This document shows positions 38,230 through 52,560 of a stretch of DNA of 64,000 nucleotides, one piece after another. The translations under genes and the position numbers were made by a program. A model generated the notes under the pieces. It saw only the letters and a program-made list of their open reading frames with translations, was not told the origin of the DNA and searched no databases. The stretch is taken from NCBI GenBank assembly GCA_028023455.1, contig JAQFVV010000002.1:18538001-18602000 (forward strand), read 5' to 3'. Position 1 is the stretch's first letter. Each line of letters begins with the position of its first letter. The DNA is from Epiperipatus broadwayi (lineage: Eukaryota > Animalia > Onychophora).

Positions 38230-39300
38230 TTGTAAAGGCAGCCAACTTTTTACAATAAAGATTATTGTGCACCTTTATTTAAGGTCTAATACGTTTATAT
38301 AGATATTAAAAATTGCAACTTGACTATTAGATGTTGTATATTTTGATATGACTCGGGCATTTGATAAAGTTTCACATGTTAGACTTTTATATAAACTTAA
38401 AATGTTGGGAGTTAATCCTCATTTAATTGAGTGGTTTAGTAATTATTTGAGAGGTTGTAAATTTTATGTGCATATGGATAGAAACAATTATCATTTTTTT
38501 AATAATATGGTAGGTGTTCTTCAGGGTCAAATATTAGCACCATTACTTTTTAATGTTTTTATATGTAATGTTGATCAAAACATAAAAAATAGTATGATAT
38601 TTACGCTGATGATTGTAAGTTATTTAAAAGAATTATTACTTATAGTGATCATATTGAGGTTCAAAAAGATATAGATTGTTTTAAAATATGGTGTAGGTAT
38701 AACAATATGGAGATTAATATTAATAAAACATGCATTGTTTCCTATACTAATAAAAGTGAAAAATCTGTTTATTAATATAAAATTGAGAATGGTGTTATTA
38801 CATATAGAAATATTGTATCTGATTTAGGAATAATATTTATAGTAATTTTACTTTTAATGCACACATTAAGCATATTATTAAGAAAGCATACAGAAAGATA
38901 TGGGTGAGATTTATCTACTTCCACAAAATATAGGTTCTTGTATATGGAATTTCAATTTAATTAATATTCAGTCTAGAATACATAATGTTGAAAAAAGATT
39001 TAATAAATTAATAATGGGAGAATGTCAAAATGTTAAAACAATATTGAAAGATATGATATTGTTGAAAAAGTAAATTGATGGGAAAATTGATGTCAGTAAC
39101 TGTATATCGAAAATAGAATTGAAAGTACCTAGTCATCTATTAAGAGAAATGCATACTTTCAAGGTTAATAAATGTAAAAATACTTTCTTAGCAAGTCAGT
39201 TATTAATAGAATGCAAATAGTATATAATCTAACTTTTAATAATATTGATATTTTTTGTGATCGTTTTTTTTTTATGAATTTTAGAAAACAACTAAAATTA
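38230..39300 (+). mobile_element. Decayed Jockey/CR1-like LINE reverse transcriptase
   Basis: DMTRAFDKVSH, GVLQGQILAPLLF, and YADDCKL after a frameshift. Confidence 0.9.
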
Positions 39301-39563
39301 TAATTATGAACATATATATATAATCTCCTGTATGTAATTTGTATTTGCTTATTGTTTTTTTATTATTTGTTTATTGTGTATTTCTGTTAAAGTGTAAATG
39401 TTGAAATGCACATAATAAATAGATATTGAATTGAATTATTAATACAAAGAAGTTTAAATAAACTTCATTAAAGAGCAAAAAAAAAATAACCTGTTCTAAA
39501 AGCAGATTAAGAAATAATCAATTATAACTTTCAAACCACACTGAAACTATGTATTACTTAAAT

Positions 39564-40012
39564 CAGGAGTGGGCAATTGTTTTGGCTCGGGGCCCGCATC
39601 GGGGGCCTCTTCGTGAAAGTGAAGGTTAGTGGAAGGCCACACCTTTTTTCATGACACAATAAACACACTGCTTTATTCCCTTTATTACTAAAGAAACATT
39701 TGTTTGTCCATTCTTCATTAAATACATGACATTCATCACAGATTTTACATTTTTTCGGAGGATTCATGGTTTCACTAAAGTTGTAAATGTATATATTTGC
39801 TAATGCAAAGACAAAATTGAAATTAACCAGATCAACTGGAAAAGCACTGCAATCGTATACACTGCACATGTGTATTGACATGGCCATCCTAGTGGAAAAT
39901 ATGAGATGAATCTTCGGTTGTGCATGGGAAGGAAATCTCAGTTCAAGGCAGATTTTTCTGATTGTTTTGGCGGGCTGCATGTGGCCCTTGGGCCGCTATT
40001 TGCCCACCCCTG
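39564..40012 (-). mobile_element. Internally deleted hAT element with a transposase N-terminal remnant
   Basis: TIRs caggagtgggcaa / ttgcccacccctg; TSD acttaaat / acttagat; remnant VFNEEWTNKCFF...KAVCLLCHE. Confidence 0.9.
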
Positions 40013-42519
40013 ACTTAGATAATAAAGCCAATACCGTTCAAAGCTATATATATTTCCAACAGATACTTATACTTGTCTCTTTCACGTTAGTTCAATCTTA
40101 TAACAACCATCCAGCAGCCAAGAAATATATAGATATATATGATATGAATCCAAAAAGTTGCTACATATCTTTTTACTACAATTAATTATAAGCAGATATA
40201 CCCATATAACATTTTATTCTTATAAGTAGACCATGAAAATCTTCATTTTAATATATATTTCAATACTTCCACAAAAAATATTCTGTTGTAAAGGGTAGCT
40301 TACAATGCACATATTCATAAAAAGATCAAGCCTGCTTATTGAACCCAACCCATTTGGAATTTTATTAATAGTGGGAAGATTATTTGTTTGTTATTATTAC
40401 ATATATACATATAATACATAATAAATTATTATTTTATTATAAATAAAATACGATCTATATTTTGAAAAGTAATATTGTATATATATAAACTATTTGATTA
40501 AACACTGTAATGTATATATATATATTTTAATATTGAATGTTAATTTGTAATCAAATGATTTAAGGATAGCCTGAAGTTAAGTTAGGTGGCGATATGTGAA
40601 AATAAAACTGATTTTATTATTATTATTTTTTTTTATTTGTAATAAATGAAATGTATTTAAACAATAGGCATTTAAAAATCTCAATAAATTTAAACAATAG
40701 GCAGTTAAAAATCTCAGGGTTCCAGATCTACGTGAACAAATTGTATAAAAATAGAAACTTTTTACAAATAGTTCTTCTTGTCAAGAGAGATAGCAGTTAT
40801 AACAATAGACAATAGTTTAAACTAAAATTTAGAATGCTAAAATGGAGTTTTGCTTTTTCTTTTATTTAAATCATAAACATTTTTAAAAGTCAAATGCTGT
40901 AACTAAAAGTTTACCAAATTCAGAGGAAAGAAAGTGAAATAAGAAGTAAGAATAACTGATAAATTTTGTAATAATTAAAGCATGTTTTAAAAGTTGTTGG
41001 AGTAATTTTAAATATTTTAAATCTTATTTCAAAAAATGAATAACGAAAATTAATCTGCTGAAAATTGGAAAAGAAAGAAAAATGAAATAATTTTCTTAAT
41101 ATATATATATACATAAAGTGCTTCTATATTATCCAATAAAAATTTATGATTACAAATAATTATTAAATTGTACTTTACTATGAATATGGGCTAGAGCAAA
41201 ACATGCTATTGTGTATCATGGTATTTCCTACCAGCTGCATTAAACCTCTATATATGTATTTTTCTACTTTATTGTAAACACACAAGAAGATGCCTGCAGT
41301 CCAAAGTAAACAAGCATTGGAATACTTAATGGTGAATCAAGTGAGGATCAAGGTGTTTACCATTAAACACAACTACAGGAGACACCATTGTACCTATCTA
41401 TCCTTGCTAAGGAAAATGATTTACTAAGTGAAACTGCTTTGAAGAACAACTTGCCTAACTATCAACTACTACTACCTCCATTAGGATGATTTTTATGAAC
41501 TTTGTTCCAATTACAATTTTTTAATCAAAGACTCAATATTGTAAATTTTTGTTTATTTATTTTTTATTTTTTTTATGCATGTTATCTGTTGTATTTTCAC
41601 ACTCTGATGCTGAAGCCTCATTTTTTTTAGAATTAACAAAGAAAAAAGGGGGGATTATTCACTTTGATATTTTTCTATTTTCATTGTAAATAAAATTTAG
41701 GTTAACCCACCTGCTTCACATCAGGTTATCCTCATAAATATTAAGGTAAGATTCTCTACATTTATTTTCATAGATTAAACTGCAACACTTATACAGAATA
41801 CATATTATATGTTTTATTTTGTTGATTAACCTTGTGTATATATTTTCCAGTATGTTTGACTAATCAACTAGTATCTATCTCTATCATATATATAAATTGG
41901 GGGAACTTGTTAAATAGGTTGTTAACATCTGCAAATATATAATTTAGCTAGCCAGCATCTCAATTATCTTAAATAACTAAAGTTTATTTTTCTATATAAT
42001 TATGATTTGTAGAGAATGAGTGACATAGGTGGATTTCTACCATGGGGTATAAGGGTTGGATTATAATAATAATTAATTAGTAAAATGGTAGGGGTTCACC
42101 TGTGACACATGTACATATGATTATTTTTTTATATTTTTTTATCATTACTATTGTTGTTATACTTGATGATATTTATTATTGTTAATAAATGTTTAAGAGT
42201 TTGTATTATTCCGGTCTCTGGTTTATTGAGTTGTCCTGACATTTCATAGTTTATAAACAATTATGCATGCACACACATCTATTTTTCTTATCATATAAAA
42301 GCTTGAAAATAAAACAAATATAATAAATGCTAGTTATAACCTATATGTAGGTGCAGGAGTTGCTGTGTGTATCTGTTCATACCTGTTAAAGAAGTCAAAA
42401 GCAATATTCTCTCTGGGTTTGAATATTAGGGCATAACGGAATTTAAAAAGGAGGGAAAGTGGATGAACTAACCTAAATTGCATTTAATATTAGTAAATAG
42501 GGATAGAGTTAGTCAATTA

Positions 42520-42890
42520 AAGTGTATGCAATCATTGGTTAAGCATTTCATCAGGTTCTCATTAGCATTCTATCAGAAGACCCACAGTCTGAACATAGTT
42601 AGATGCAACCTTTTTCCCCTTCTAAGCCTGGTAGGTCTCTGCAGATTGTTTCATTAGGGGCAATAAATTAGAGCATATTAACTTATCCCACACCAGATTG
42701 CTACATCTGCATAGTATTACAGTCTGCAAGTTAGTTGACCATCCGTTACATCTGGCACATTGTTGTTGGGTTTGGTTAGTTTATGATTGTTGATGAAGAG
42801 TTCCATCTATTATATCTGGTGCCATCAACTTTGGGGCCAGTGGTAATCATTCTGTCTGTTATACTGTAAAACTTATTAATTTATTAGAAT
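42520..42890 (-). mobile_element. Possible LINE ORF1 (CCHC knuckle) relic
   Basis: QQCARCNGW...CRC spacing resembles the zinc knuckles of non-LTR gag-like proteins; degraded. Confidence 0.3.
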
Positions 42891-42950
42891 CAAAATTGCT
42901 AACAATTTTTGGTCCACGATTGCAGCCATTTCATATGATCATTCTCAAGA

Positions 42951-43152
42951 CAAAGCAAAACTCTCCATATAGTAGTGCCATCTTGTGCTAACAAGAGCAA
43001 TCAATGGATGCCAGAAGCCTTCTGGCATCCATTGATTGCTCTTGTTAGCACAAGATGGCACTACTATATGGAGAGTTTTGCTTTGTTTTGGATTGTTTAA
43101 TAACAATTATTGTGCTAGTATGAAATAGTGATCATGTGATGTTTAGTGGTTT
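42951..43152. mobile_element. Family A copy A7: ~135 bp essentially perfect palindrome plus tail
   Basis: Arms meet at gccagaag-c-cttctggc (~43019); 13 bp TSD atcattctcaaga at 42938-42950 and 43153-43165. Confidence 0.95.
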
Positions 43153-43659
43153 ATCATTCTCAAGAGTTTTCTATCTCTCGTACAGTTATAAAAAAATATA
43201 TATTAAAACAATACTTTTAAAATTAGAACTCCAAAACCATTATGGACAAACATAAAAGAATAAAACAAAATATATTAGTTCATAAGTGTTTTAACTGTAA
43301 AGATGTAGTTTTAATGTGACTCTTTATAAATGTAATGAGAGATAGTGGTTATGTTAATAATTTTGGTTGAAATAAAATGACAAGTTTTAAAAGAATAAAT
43401 CAATGATTATCATGGAAGTGTAAGAATATATATTTTTAATATTTTCTGTCCTTGCTATCTATTGGCTGACTAAATCATCTTATACATCAATACTTGCAGG
43501 ATCTCTCCATTAGTTTTATATAATATTCATTTCCAAATTGATCACAGGAGCGATCCAGCTAACCTGAATAATATATCATTGACTATCCACTGTCTTTGAA
43601 AATTCTCATTTAACATATATAAACAAAAACATCTGAAATATGCAATAATGTCCAAAATA

Positions 43660-44041
43660 GTAGCAACTCTCTCCATACAGCAGTGCCCCACAGTGGAGGC
43701 CATAATAATCAATGGATACAAGACAGTTACTGCATCAAAATCTTGTTTAGTGCCTACTCATCCAATAGCCCCAGATTAGTTTCTAGCTGCTGGATATTAT
43801 CAGTGAGGAATTTTGGATTTGAGAGCCCTCTACCTAGATCTTTGGATCAAATGCATCCTTTCAGCAGCCATCTTTTACCCATTTAGTTAACTATAAAGCT
43901 ACGAGCCCCAAATGGAAATACAATAATGTTTTCAATCCAAATCAATTCACTTGTATAGACATCCTATATGAAGAGAATTGATACTGTTTTAAGAAAGTGT
44001 TTAAGCATAAGAAATGGTGATCTTGTGATGTTTTAGCGGTT
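43660..44041. mobile_element. Family A copy A8 (old; long inverted arm, degenerate HHR, tail at right)
   Basis: - strand core ctgataa...gaaactaatctgggg; tail gtgatcttgtgatgttttagcggtt; degenerate TSD taatgt(c/t)caaa(a)ta. Confidence 0.8.
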
Positions 44042-44079
44042 TAATGTTCAAAATACCAATATATAATAATAAATAACAG

Positions 44080-45975
44080 ATATATCCAGCTTACGACATA
44101 TCTATCACTGTGAATAACATTTTATAGTTAAAAAAAATTGGTTCTCATCTGATCCTTCATGACAGCCACGGGTGGCGCCATTTCTAACCAAAAATACATC
44201 AATATAACGTTCCCAGGCTAGCGATTCTCTATTAATATTGTCTTTTTTTTTGTTTGTTTGTTTACAAAGTTTACTTTCTTTCATTTCTGAATTATTTTTC
44301 CCAAATAATATTTTTGACGATGGGATAATAATAGTTTTTTTTTTTTTAATTTCTATTGACAAGAGAGTTTTTTTTGGAGTGTGTTCAAATAGTAATTTGT
44401 GTATTTTTTTTAAAAATAGTATTACTGTTTTTGTAAAATTGCATTGCCGAAATTTAAGAGATAACCGTTTTTTTTTTGGATGGATCTTTAAATAATAATT
44501 GACGTTACTTTGATAGGTTTCCATTTGATTGCCGACAACAATTAGTGGGAGGGGTGTTTTTGTGTATGATTAAATAATAATTTACGTTACTTTTATAGGT
44601 TTACATTTGATTGACAATCGATTTGACTTCCTTTCGTTTATAAATTATGATTTTGGTTCTACAAATAAATATTTTTGACAATGGGACATTAATAGTTGTT
44701 GTTTGTTTAATTTTTATTGACAAGAGAGTGTTTTTTGGTGTAGGTTCAAATAGTAATTTGGGTTACGTTTAAATAATAAGTTATGGTCTTACTTTGATTG
44801 TTTTACAATTGATTGCCGACAACAATTAGTGGGAGGGTTTTTTCCCCCCTATATAATTAAAGAATAATTAATAACATTCCTTTGATTTGACCGTCTGATT
44901 GCCGACAACAACAATTATTGGGAGAAGAAGTGTTTTTTGGGCTATGTTTAAATATAAATTTTAGTTACTTCTTTTATTTGATATTTGATTGCCGATGACA
45001 ACAATTATTGGGAGAAGAAGGGATGTACGTTTAAAATAAAAATTGAAGTTACTTCTTTTATTTTTGACATTTGACGAAGGCCATTTGGAATCCCTCAAAC
45101 AAGCTTGCCTTTGCGAAGTGAACATTTCCGTCGGCCACAACGAGACTTACAAATGAAAGTCGAAAGATGTTTTTGGACCTCAAATCTGCATATATTTGCC
45201 GCACAATCAAATCTTTTCTTTCAGCAGCAGGATGTTTTTTTTTTCTGCTGTAGAAATATTCCAGTGCCGGTTTCCGTGTCTGGCAATTCCCATCTCTTTT
45301 CAAGCTTTTCTGTTGTTGTTTGAATTAGCCATCTTCTTGGTTCTCGGAAAATTTCTCGCTAAAACGTGACTCAAAGCGTGATCGTTTAAAAATTTTATGC
45401 TAAGCCACCCTAATCAAGAATTTAGAAGGCTTATAGCTTTATGAGGAACAATCACAACACTGTTTAAATTGTTAAAAGGTAACAGTACATCAATTCGTCT
45501 TAAAAAAAAAGGCCCCAATGAAAATTTAAATACTTTTAACATGATCAAATTAACACACCCTCGTACGATATTGTTACATCAAATACATAATACAGCATTA
45601 TGATATAGTGCGTGACACAAACAACTACGGCATTTTCCTTTGCTTTTAGCATCGGAAAAAGCCACACCATTAGCCGCTAAGCCGAGTTAACACTCTTTCT
45701 AGATTTTATCATAGAAAGACTTAACTCCGAGTTAATATTCTACCTTTTAGCGTAGAAACAAGACTTAACTCTGAGTTAACAATCTTTCTAGGATTTATTT
45801 TAGAAAAAATGCTTAAAGGCTTGGGTGCGGCCACGGAAACGGCATATTTCTAGAAATTTAGCTAGAAATAGCGCTACCTGCGGCTGACACGAAGGATCAG
45901 ATGAGAACCAAAAATTTATATAAAAAAAAACCCTGTAAAAATTCTTTTCAGGATAACAGACATGCTATAAGCTGG
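44080..45975. mobile_element. Unclassified DNA transposon with ~130 bp imperfect TIRs and internal repeat arrays
   Basis: ccagctta...ggttctcatctgatccttc..cagcc.c.ggt.gcgc.atttcta at 44086-44207 and inverted at 45846-45975. Confidence 0.65.
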
Positions 45976-48614
45976 TTCTAGTTATTATTTATTGTTATAT
46001 ATTGGTATTTTTAATAGGTAGAATTTATTCCTGAATTTTTTGTTCATTAATCTGGACCAACTGAGGAATGTTGCATATCAATGTCATTGCAACAATTTAC
46101 ACAATTTTCAACATAGTAAAAGGAAAATTAGAAATATCATTTAATCTGCCTACACCAAAGCCATCTCCTATAGACAATTAACAATAAGCACTTGATGTCA
46201 GTACTATGACCATAATACCATTACTATTACATTTGCAAATACCACTTGCTGTATCTGAAATATAGAGATTATGGAGCTGAACTGAGTTGAAAACCATTAC
46301 ATTTAATTTATATATTTGTTGACCAGGGTAAAACATATCACAATCTATATAAAAGCCATGGTACTGATGGATTTCAGTGGTACATATTAAGCCATGATAA
46401 CTGTAGAAGCAATCATGCAAGAAACTTGTTGATAAACATGAAATCCATTATACATACATATTGAAGCATATCTATGATAGAAATATTTATTTGTATGTAT
46501 ATAGTGCACACACAGATATATAAATGCAATACTGTGTATATTAGTTAAATACAGTTCTAGAAGAATGAACAAAAAAAACCTATTTAGCTATTGCAGAAAA
46601 CAGAAATTATTTAAATTCCATTTGTTTTAAAATTTTTATAAAATTGTTAAAAAAGTGCTAATGAGACCAGTTTCATAAACTTTCAAAAACCCAGAAAAAG
46701 AGCAAAAATCTAGAAGTTTCCTTTACAAAGTTTTTTATGTAAATACAAAAGAGTTTGGGTTCGAAAAGATAGATGGCCATTCTATCTTTTCCCAAAGACT
46801 TTATCATGTGTTTGAAGTGTTTGTATTCAGTCATTTATAGTTAAAATCTGCAAAGCGCATGTGCAACAGCTTAATGCTGTTTAGCTATTAAAGTTTTTTA
46901 TGTTAAGATAAACTGAATGAGGAATCTAAATTTAAAATAAATAGATTGTATAGGAAAATGTTGTAAAATTAACCTTCTTGCATACTAACACTTTCTATTG
47001 TTCCATCTGGTGAGAGTTTTCACAAATGATCAACTTATTTGTTTTTATAAAATCTTCATACTATACTTAGACTCAATAAATTGGATGATTTCCTTTTAAT
47101 ATTTAATAATATACTAAATAATCACATTTGATCATTTCAAATATTAATAACTGATGTGGATATATATAACAATGTACCATAAATGTCATCACAGATATTT
47201 ATGAAAACACTAAAAATAATATGCGAATGAATGAAGGTAGATTTATGATAACTATCATATTCTGCTTTAAGATATATTTTCCTACAAAATTACAATATTT
47301 TAAAAGATTTTAACACCAAGCCAATTTTGACAATTAATGACGTATTAGACACCGCCATTTTGTTTTCTGTATATTACGGTCAACTTTAACTTCTATTTCT
47401 AAAAATGAAACATAAATGAATAAATTGAAAGTTTACCTATGTGTTACTTAATAACAATCAACCAATTAGTGTGCAAAAAACAATCAAAAATCCTTTATAA
47501 ATGAGCAATCAATTTTAAATTTATATTCAAAATCTTCCCATAAAAACTGGACCAAAAAAACATGAATACCCTCTGTGCATTTTCTTCTGTCGAGAAAAAA
47601 GATTTTTGATGTTAGCGACAATCTGTAAGATGCTGAACTCTTCTGATTTCTTTTCCAGCTTTAACATCAATAATAATTATGTTAAAATCTTTTTTAAAAA
47701 AAACATGGGCTATTATCACTTAGGAAAATGTTAATACTAGTCTAAAGTTACAGGACAGCAATGCTTTTTCTGAGAAAACTTTCAATGAAGATGAGAGTTT
47801 ATAAATTGATAATTAAAATATTTAACAAAAACATAATTTTTCTAGATTAAGATAATACTTGTATAGAGAAGAATAAGTTAGTTTTATAAGCAAATTAATA
47901 TTAATTAATGAAAGATTATTTCTATATTTATAAGTATGATTTTGCCCCTATGTATATTAAATAAAATATTTTTAGATATGTCATTTAGATGGAAGAAAAC
48001 TATCATTTCAAGCAATCCATATCAATAAATGTTGTAAAAAAATGAATGGTTACCCATTCTTAAAAGCTCTGATTAAATAAACCAACGTGCAATGATAGTG
48101 TGGGAAATAAAGCATGATCTAATTTAAAAGCCATATTTTAAAATCAGTTTATTACTTGTAAAGGTTCAAATTATATACCCCAATGCAGTCAAAGAATTTC
48201 ACTTTAATGACAATGCAACAATGATTCATATTAGTTTATATAAATGAAAATCTGCCCTGAAATATATAATTCAAGTCTTTATAAGGAATAAGCTGATTTT
48301 AAAAATCTAGCTTTTACATTAGATCTTGCTCTATTTGCAGCACTGTCACTGAATATTTATTTATTTAATAGTAAGCTTTAAAAATAGGTAAATACCTGTT
48401 ATTTTAAAACAGGGGCTCAAAACCTCACAATATGCCCCCCCAGATATTTTCACAAACATATATAAAATGGACTTGTATAAAATTTCTATTTAAGCATGCA
48501 CATTATGCAATGCAAATGTATGTGAAAATATTGATTTAAATAAAATAAAATATTTACTTTCTCAATTACATTTTTTCTCTCTCCAACCTTTATAACAATT
48601 CTACTTCATTATAT

Positions 48615-48690
48615 CAGACCTGTAGAGGTCCCTACCTTTGCATTTTCAAGCACATACTCTTGAGGTTTATGCCTTAGTAAATATTATGTA
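48615..48690. repeat. Terminal fragment of the integrase-element family at 21160-22630
   Basis: gacctgtagaggtccctacctttg...gccttagtaaat is the reverse complement of 21165-21222. Confidence 0.75.
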
Positions 48691-49404
48691 CGTAATCAAT
48701 GTGCATTAAATAAATTTATAATTCTAACAGATTATCTATATTGTGTGGTCTTTCTGACTAAGGATTTAATCTACGATGCTGAGAGTATTTTGTTTGTCTT
48801 TATAGAAAAATAAAACTCAAATTTTATTACATTTTATAATTACTATTTTGCATTTAATTTTCATTATTATTAGGATGGCTACAGAAGTAAGATAAAAAAA
48901 TGAAACTAGAAACCATGCATTTGAAAAGAAATGGTCCAATGCATCAATGTGCATGATATGTCTGGGAAAATTTTTAATTAATAAAAAACACATTATTCAT
49001 AATATTGGGAAAGAAATATTAAAGTACAAAGCTTGAAAAGGAGATTCATCAAGCAGTTAACATGTTTTATAACAAGTACAAGCAAGTCAAAAAATTCTAT
49101 GGGAGCAAATTTGAAACCATTTTCTTAAGAGAAGTTTATAGAAGACTGCATCCTACCTGCTGTAGAATTAACCTCTTCCAATATATCATGAAGATAGGTT
49201 CAAGATGAATTGGAAAAAATGTAGTTAAATGTGGACCAGTCATTAATAATAATGATGCTACTTTATTTTTAATTCACAAAAAAAATGGTCTCTCATTTAA
49301 TTTAAAAGGGGAAAGTTGAAAGAGAGCTGCCAGTTAAAAAGGTTGCCTAGCGTTAATGACTAGAGGTAAATTAATTAAATTTTTGATCTAATATAGTAGG
49401 CTAA

Positions 49405-49491
49405 TCTTTAATTTGATAATTGTATGTGGACCATGAATGAGCTTTTAAATATCCAAATGATCCTAGGCAGAAAAAAGGTTCCCCACCCCTG
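49405..49491. mobile_element. hAT-type element right end
   Basis: tgtatgtggaccatgaatg...aaaaggttccccacccctg, a typical hAT MITE terminus; left end not identified. Confidence 0.45.
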
Positions 49492-50429
49492 TTTTAAAGG
49501 ATTTATTGTTGTGAAATTCTGACTATTCATAGTGCATGAGTGGAAGGGTAGTTTTCTTCCATTTAAATTATATATATATATATATATGACACATGTATGT
49601 GTAATATATTCATACATTATTAACATAGCTTAACCTTACAAAAGTTAAGAAAAATAATAACTGGAATGTCACACATTAGTTTTTACACATTAATGTGTTG
49701 TATGTATAATATGTTATGATTTATATATCCATAAAAGTTCAATGTAAGTAATGTTCCATTTATTACTTTGTGGTGATTACTAATTTTGAAATAATACTTG
49801 GTATTTGTAGAATATATTAAGAAAATATTTTTTCAAACATTTAATTTTATTTTTTTAATTGTTTTTATTTATAATTAATCAATAAATGTATTAATGTTCC
49901 TGCTCTTGTTTACTGTGATCATCAGAGTTCTTGTGATTCCAAGTGAGCTTAGACATAAGACTATATTGGGTATGTGTCAATGGACATTAACATAATTCTT
50001 TTCAGAATTAGTTAGGCTAAGATAATGAAGGTCATCTTTAAAGTTCCACACACTTTTATATTTATGAACTATACAGTCATAGTAACTGATGGCCTTGAGC
50101 GGTGATGATAAGTATTAATAAAATGACCCCAGAACTTTTAATAAATGCTTTGCTTTATAGTATTTTAGCAAATGTATATGTACAGTGGAGAATTATTGAT
50201 ACTTTTTTATAATATTATGCTTCATAATGATTAGTCTAAAATTTTAGAGTATAATCTTTTAGTTCAATCACAAAGAGTAACTGCTGAATGTTTGTTGCTG
50301 ATATTATGTTTTATTTATATCTAATTATAATTACTTCTGATGACGATCTATCGATTCTTTGCTCTTACTGCATTCAGTTAAAAATAGTTGATGATGCTTA
50401 TTATTTCTTTATGCCAACCACTGCCATAT

Positions 50430-50690
50430 ATATCATCATCATCATCATCAACCATTATCTATCCACTGCAGGATGAACATCTCTCCAAGTTCAATCCATC
50501 TTCTCCAATCTTTAGCTTCTCTTCTCCACATCACCCCTGCACACTTTCTTATTTCATCCATCCATCTCACATGTGATCTCTTTCTGGGTCTTTTACAATC
50601 TCTTGGAATCTAGTTTAAAATTTCAATTGTCCATCTATTATCATCACTTGTAGCAATATGTCCAGCCCAACTGCACTTCAGTCTTTTAAT
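50430..50690 (-). mobile_element. RTE LINE 3' end with (GAT)n tail
   Basis: catcatcatcatcaaccattatctatccactgcaggatgaac...; homologous to 35700-35860. Confidence 0.85.
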
Positions 50691-51379
50691 TTATATATAT
50701 ATAATATTAAGTGTAATAATGCTCAAAGTCTAGGTGTTGACTGGTTTTTAATTATATAAATATAGAGAGATAGATAAATAGAAAGAGAGAATCTCATTCA
50801 AATTTCTTTCTCAATACTTTACTATATAACTCAAGAGTCGGAATGTATAAAAAAAAACACCCCACATATTTGGTATTGTTAAATAACGTCTAGATAACTT
50901 ATATATTGACTATTGCTATGTGACCTATATATATATATGCTATGTTCAATATTATCTATTTATCATAAACTATAAATTGCAAACTGGAAGAAGAAATGAA
51001 TGTAATAAACACTCAGATTTATATTAAATATTTATTTTGTTTTAATTCATTGTAGACTTATTTATTTTTCACACTTTAATAACAATTTATAAATTCTATT
51101 ATAAATTCGATTTTGCAGAAATTAATGCTTATAATGTTAGTATATAAGAAAGTAATATATATTAGCTAATATTTAAGAATGGTAAATCAATAAAAGATTA
51201 TTGAGTCTGCACAAAATTTCTCTTTTTTATATACTTGTTATAGCTATGATTAAGTATTAGCACGAATATTCTTCTGACTTAGAAAAAGATATTAGGATTA
51301 CTTATACTGCAGTTCACTTCACCCCTCATTTAGCTTCTACAGTAAGCTTATAAAACAATGGATACTATGCATGTATTTT

Positions 51380-51860
51380 GACATCATCATCATCAACAAC
51401 CATTATCAATCCACTGCAGGATGAAGGTCTCTCCATCTTTTCTGATCTTTAGATTCTCTTCTCCGCATCACCTCTGCATACTTTCTTATTTCATCCATCC
51501 ATTTCACATGTGGTCTCTTTCTGGATCTTTTACAATCTCTTGGAATTCAGTTTAAGATTTCAATTGTCCATCTATTATTATCTCTTCTAGCAATATGTTC
51601 AGCCCAACTACACTTCAGTCTTTTAATTTTTTCAATGAGGTCAGTAACATCTATTTGTTCTCTTACCCATATATTGCGTTTTCAATCTGTTCTTGTTATT
51701 CCCAACATACACCTCTTTATACTTCTTTGAGTGATCTGAAGTCTCTGCATTGCTCTTCTATTAAGTGTCCAAGTCTCAGATCCATAAGTAAGAACTGGTA
51801 AAACACATTTATTAAAAACCTTCCTTTTCAAACACATAGTCATATTGACATACCCAAACA
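51380..51860 (-). mobile_element. RTE LINE 3' end with (GAT)n tail
   Basis: Near-copy of 50430-50690 extended further 5'. Confidence 0.85.
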
Positions 51861-52560
51861 TATATATGTCTCAACAGCATAAATAACTGCATATCAGACC
51901 GCTCAAAATAATCTTTTGTTGTATTTATTTATACTAAATATAGACCTGAGTTAAAGTTATAATGACTCAAAAATTAATATGATCATCAATCTGGAAGGGG
52001 TGGGTGGGTAAGAAAATAAAGACAAAACCAGTTATGTTTATATTTTCATACATGGAAAATAAATAAATAAAATGATTTGAATTAAAGCTGCAGTGTTTAT
52101 AGACGATGAAAATATAACCATCCACACAATTCCATTATCACAATTAATGTATAAAGGTGACGGAGCACACGTCAGATCCACAATGACTGAGTCGTACACT
52201 AATACAAATGAGTAAAACTAATGAGAAAAGGCACAGGAGGTGATAGAAAAAACGATAGCAGAAACTCTCCAATAATTAAAATGCTAAAACAAATTGTATT
52301 TAGACGGTGACAAATCTTTACCATTAATAATAAAGAGTTTCACTTCGTCATGAAACGATCATTTGCATATATCGCTTTCATAGAGATAATCTGGAGATTT
52401 GTGATAACTTTTGAAAAAGAAAATGACTTCATTCTACGTAAAAATCATCATTTGGAGACTTATTTTCTCTAAGTAAGTCACTTGTAAAATGGAACTATAA
52501 ATTCAGATCCATATACAAAAAAAGCAAGGAATGTCTTTAATGTTTACTAAATTACATTGT

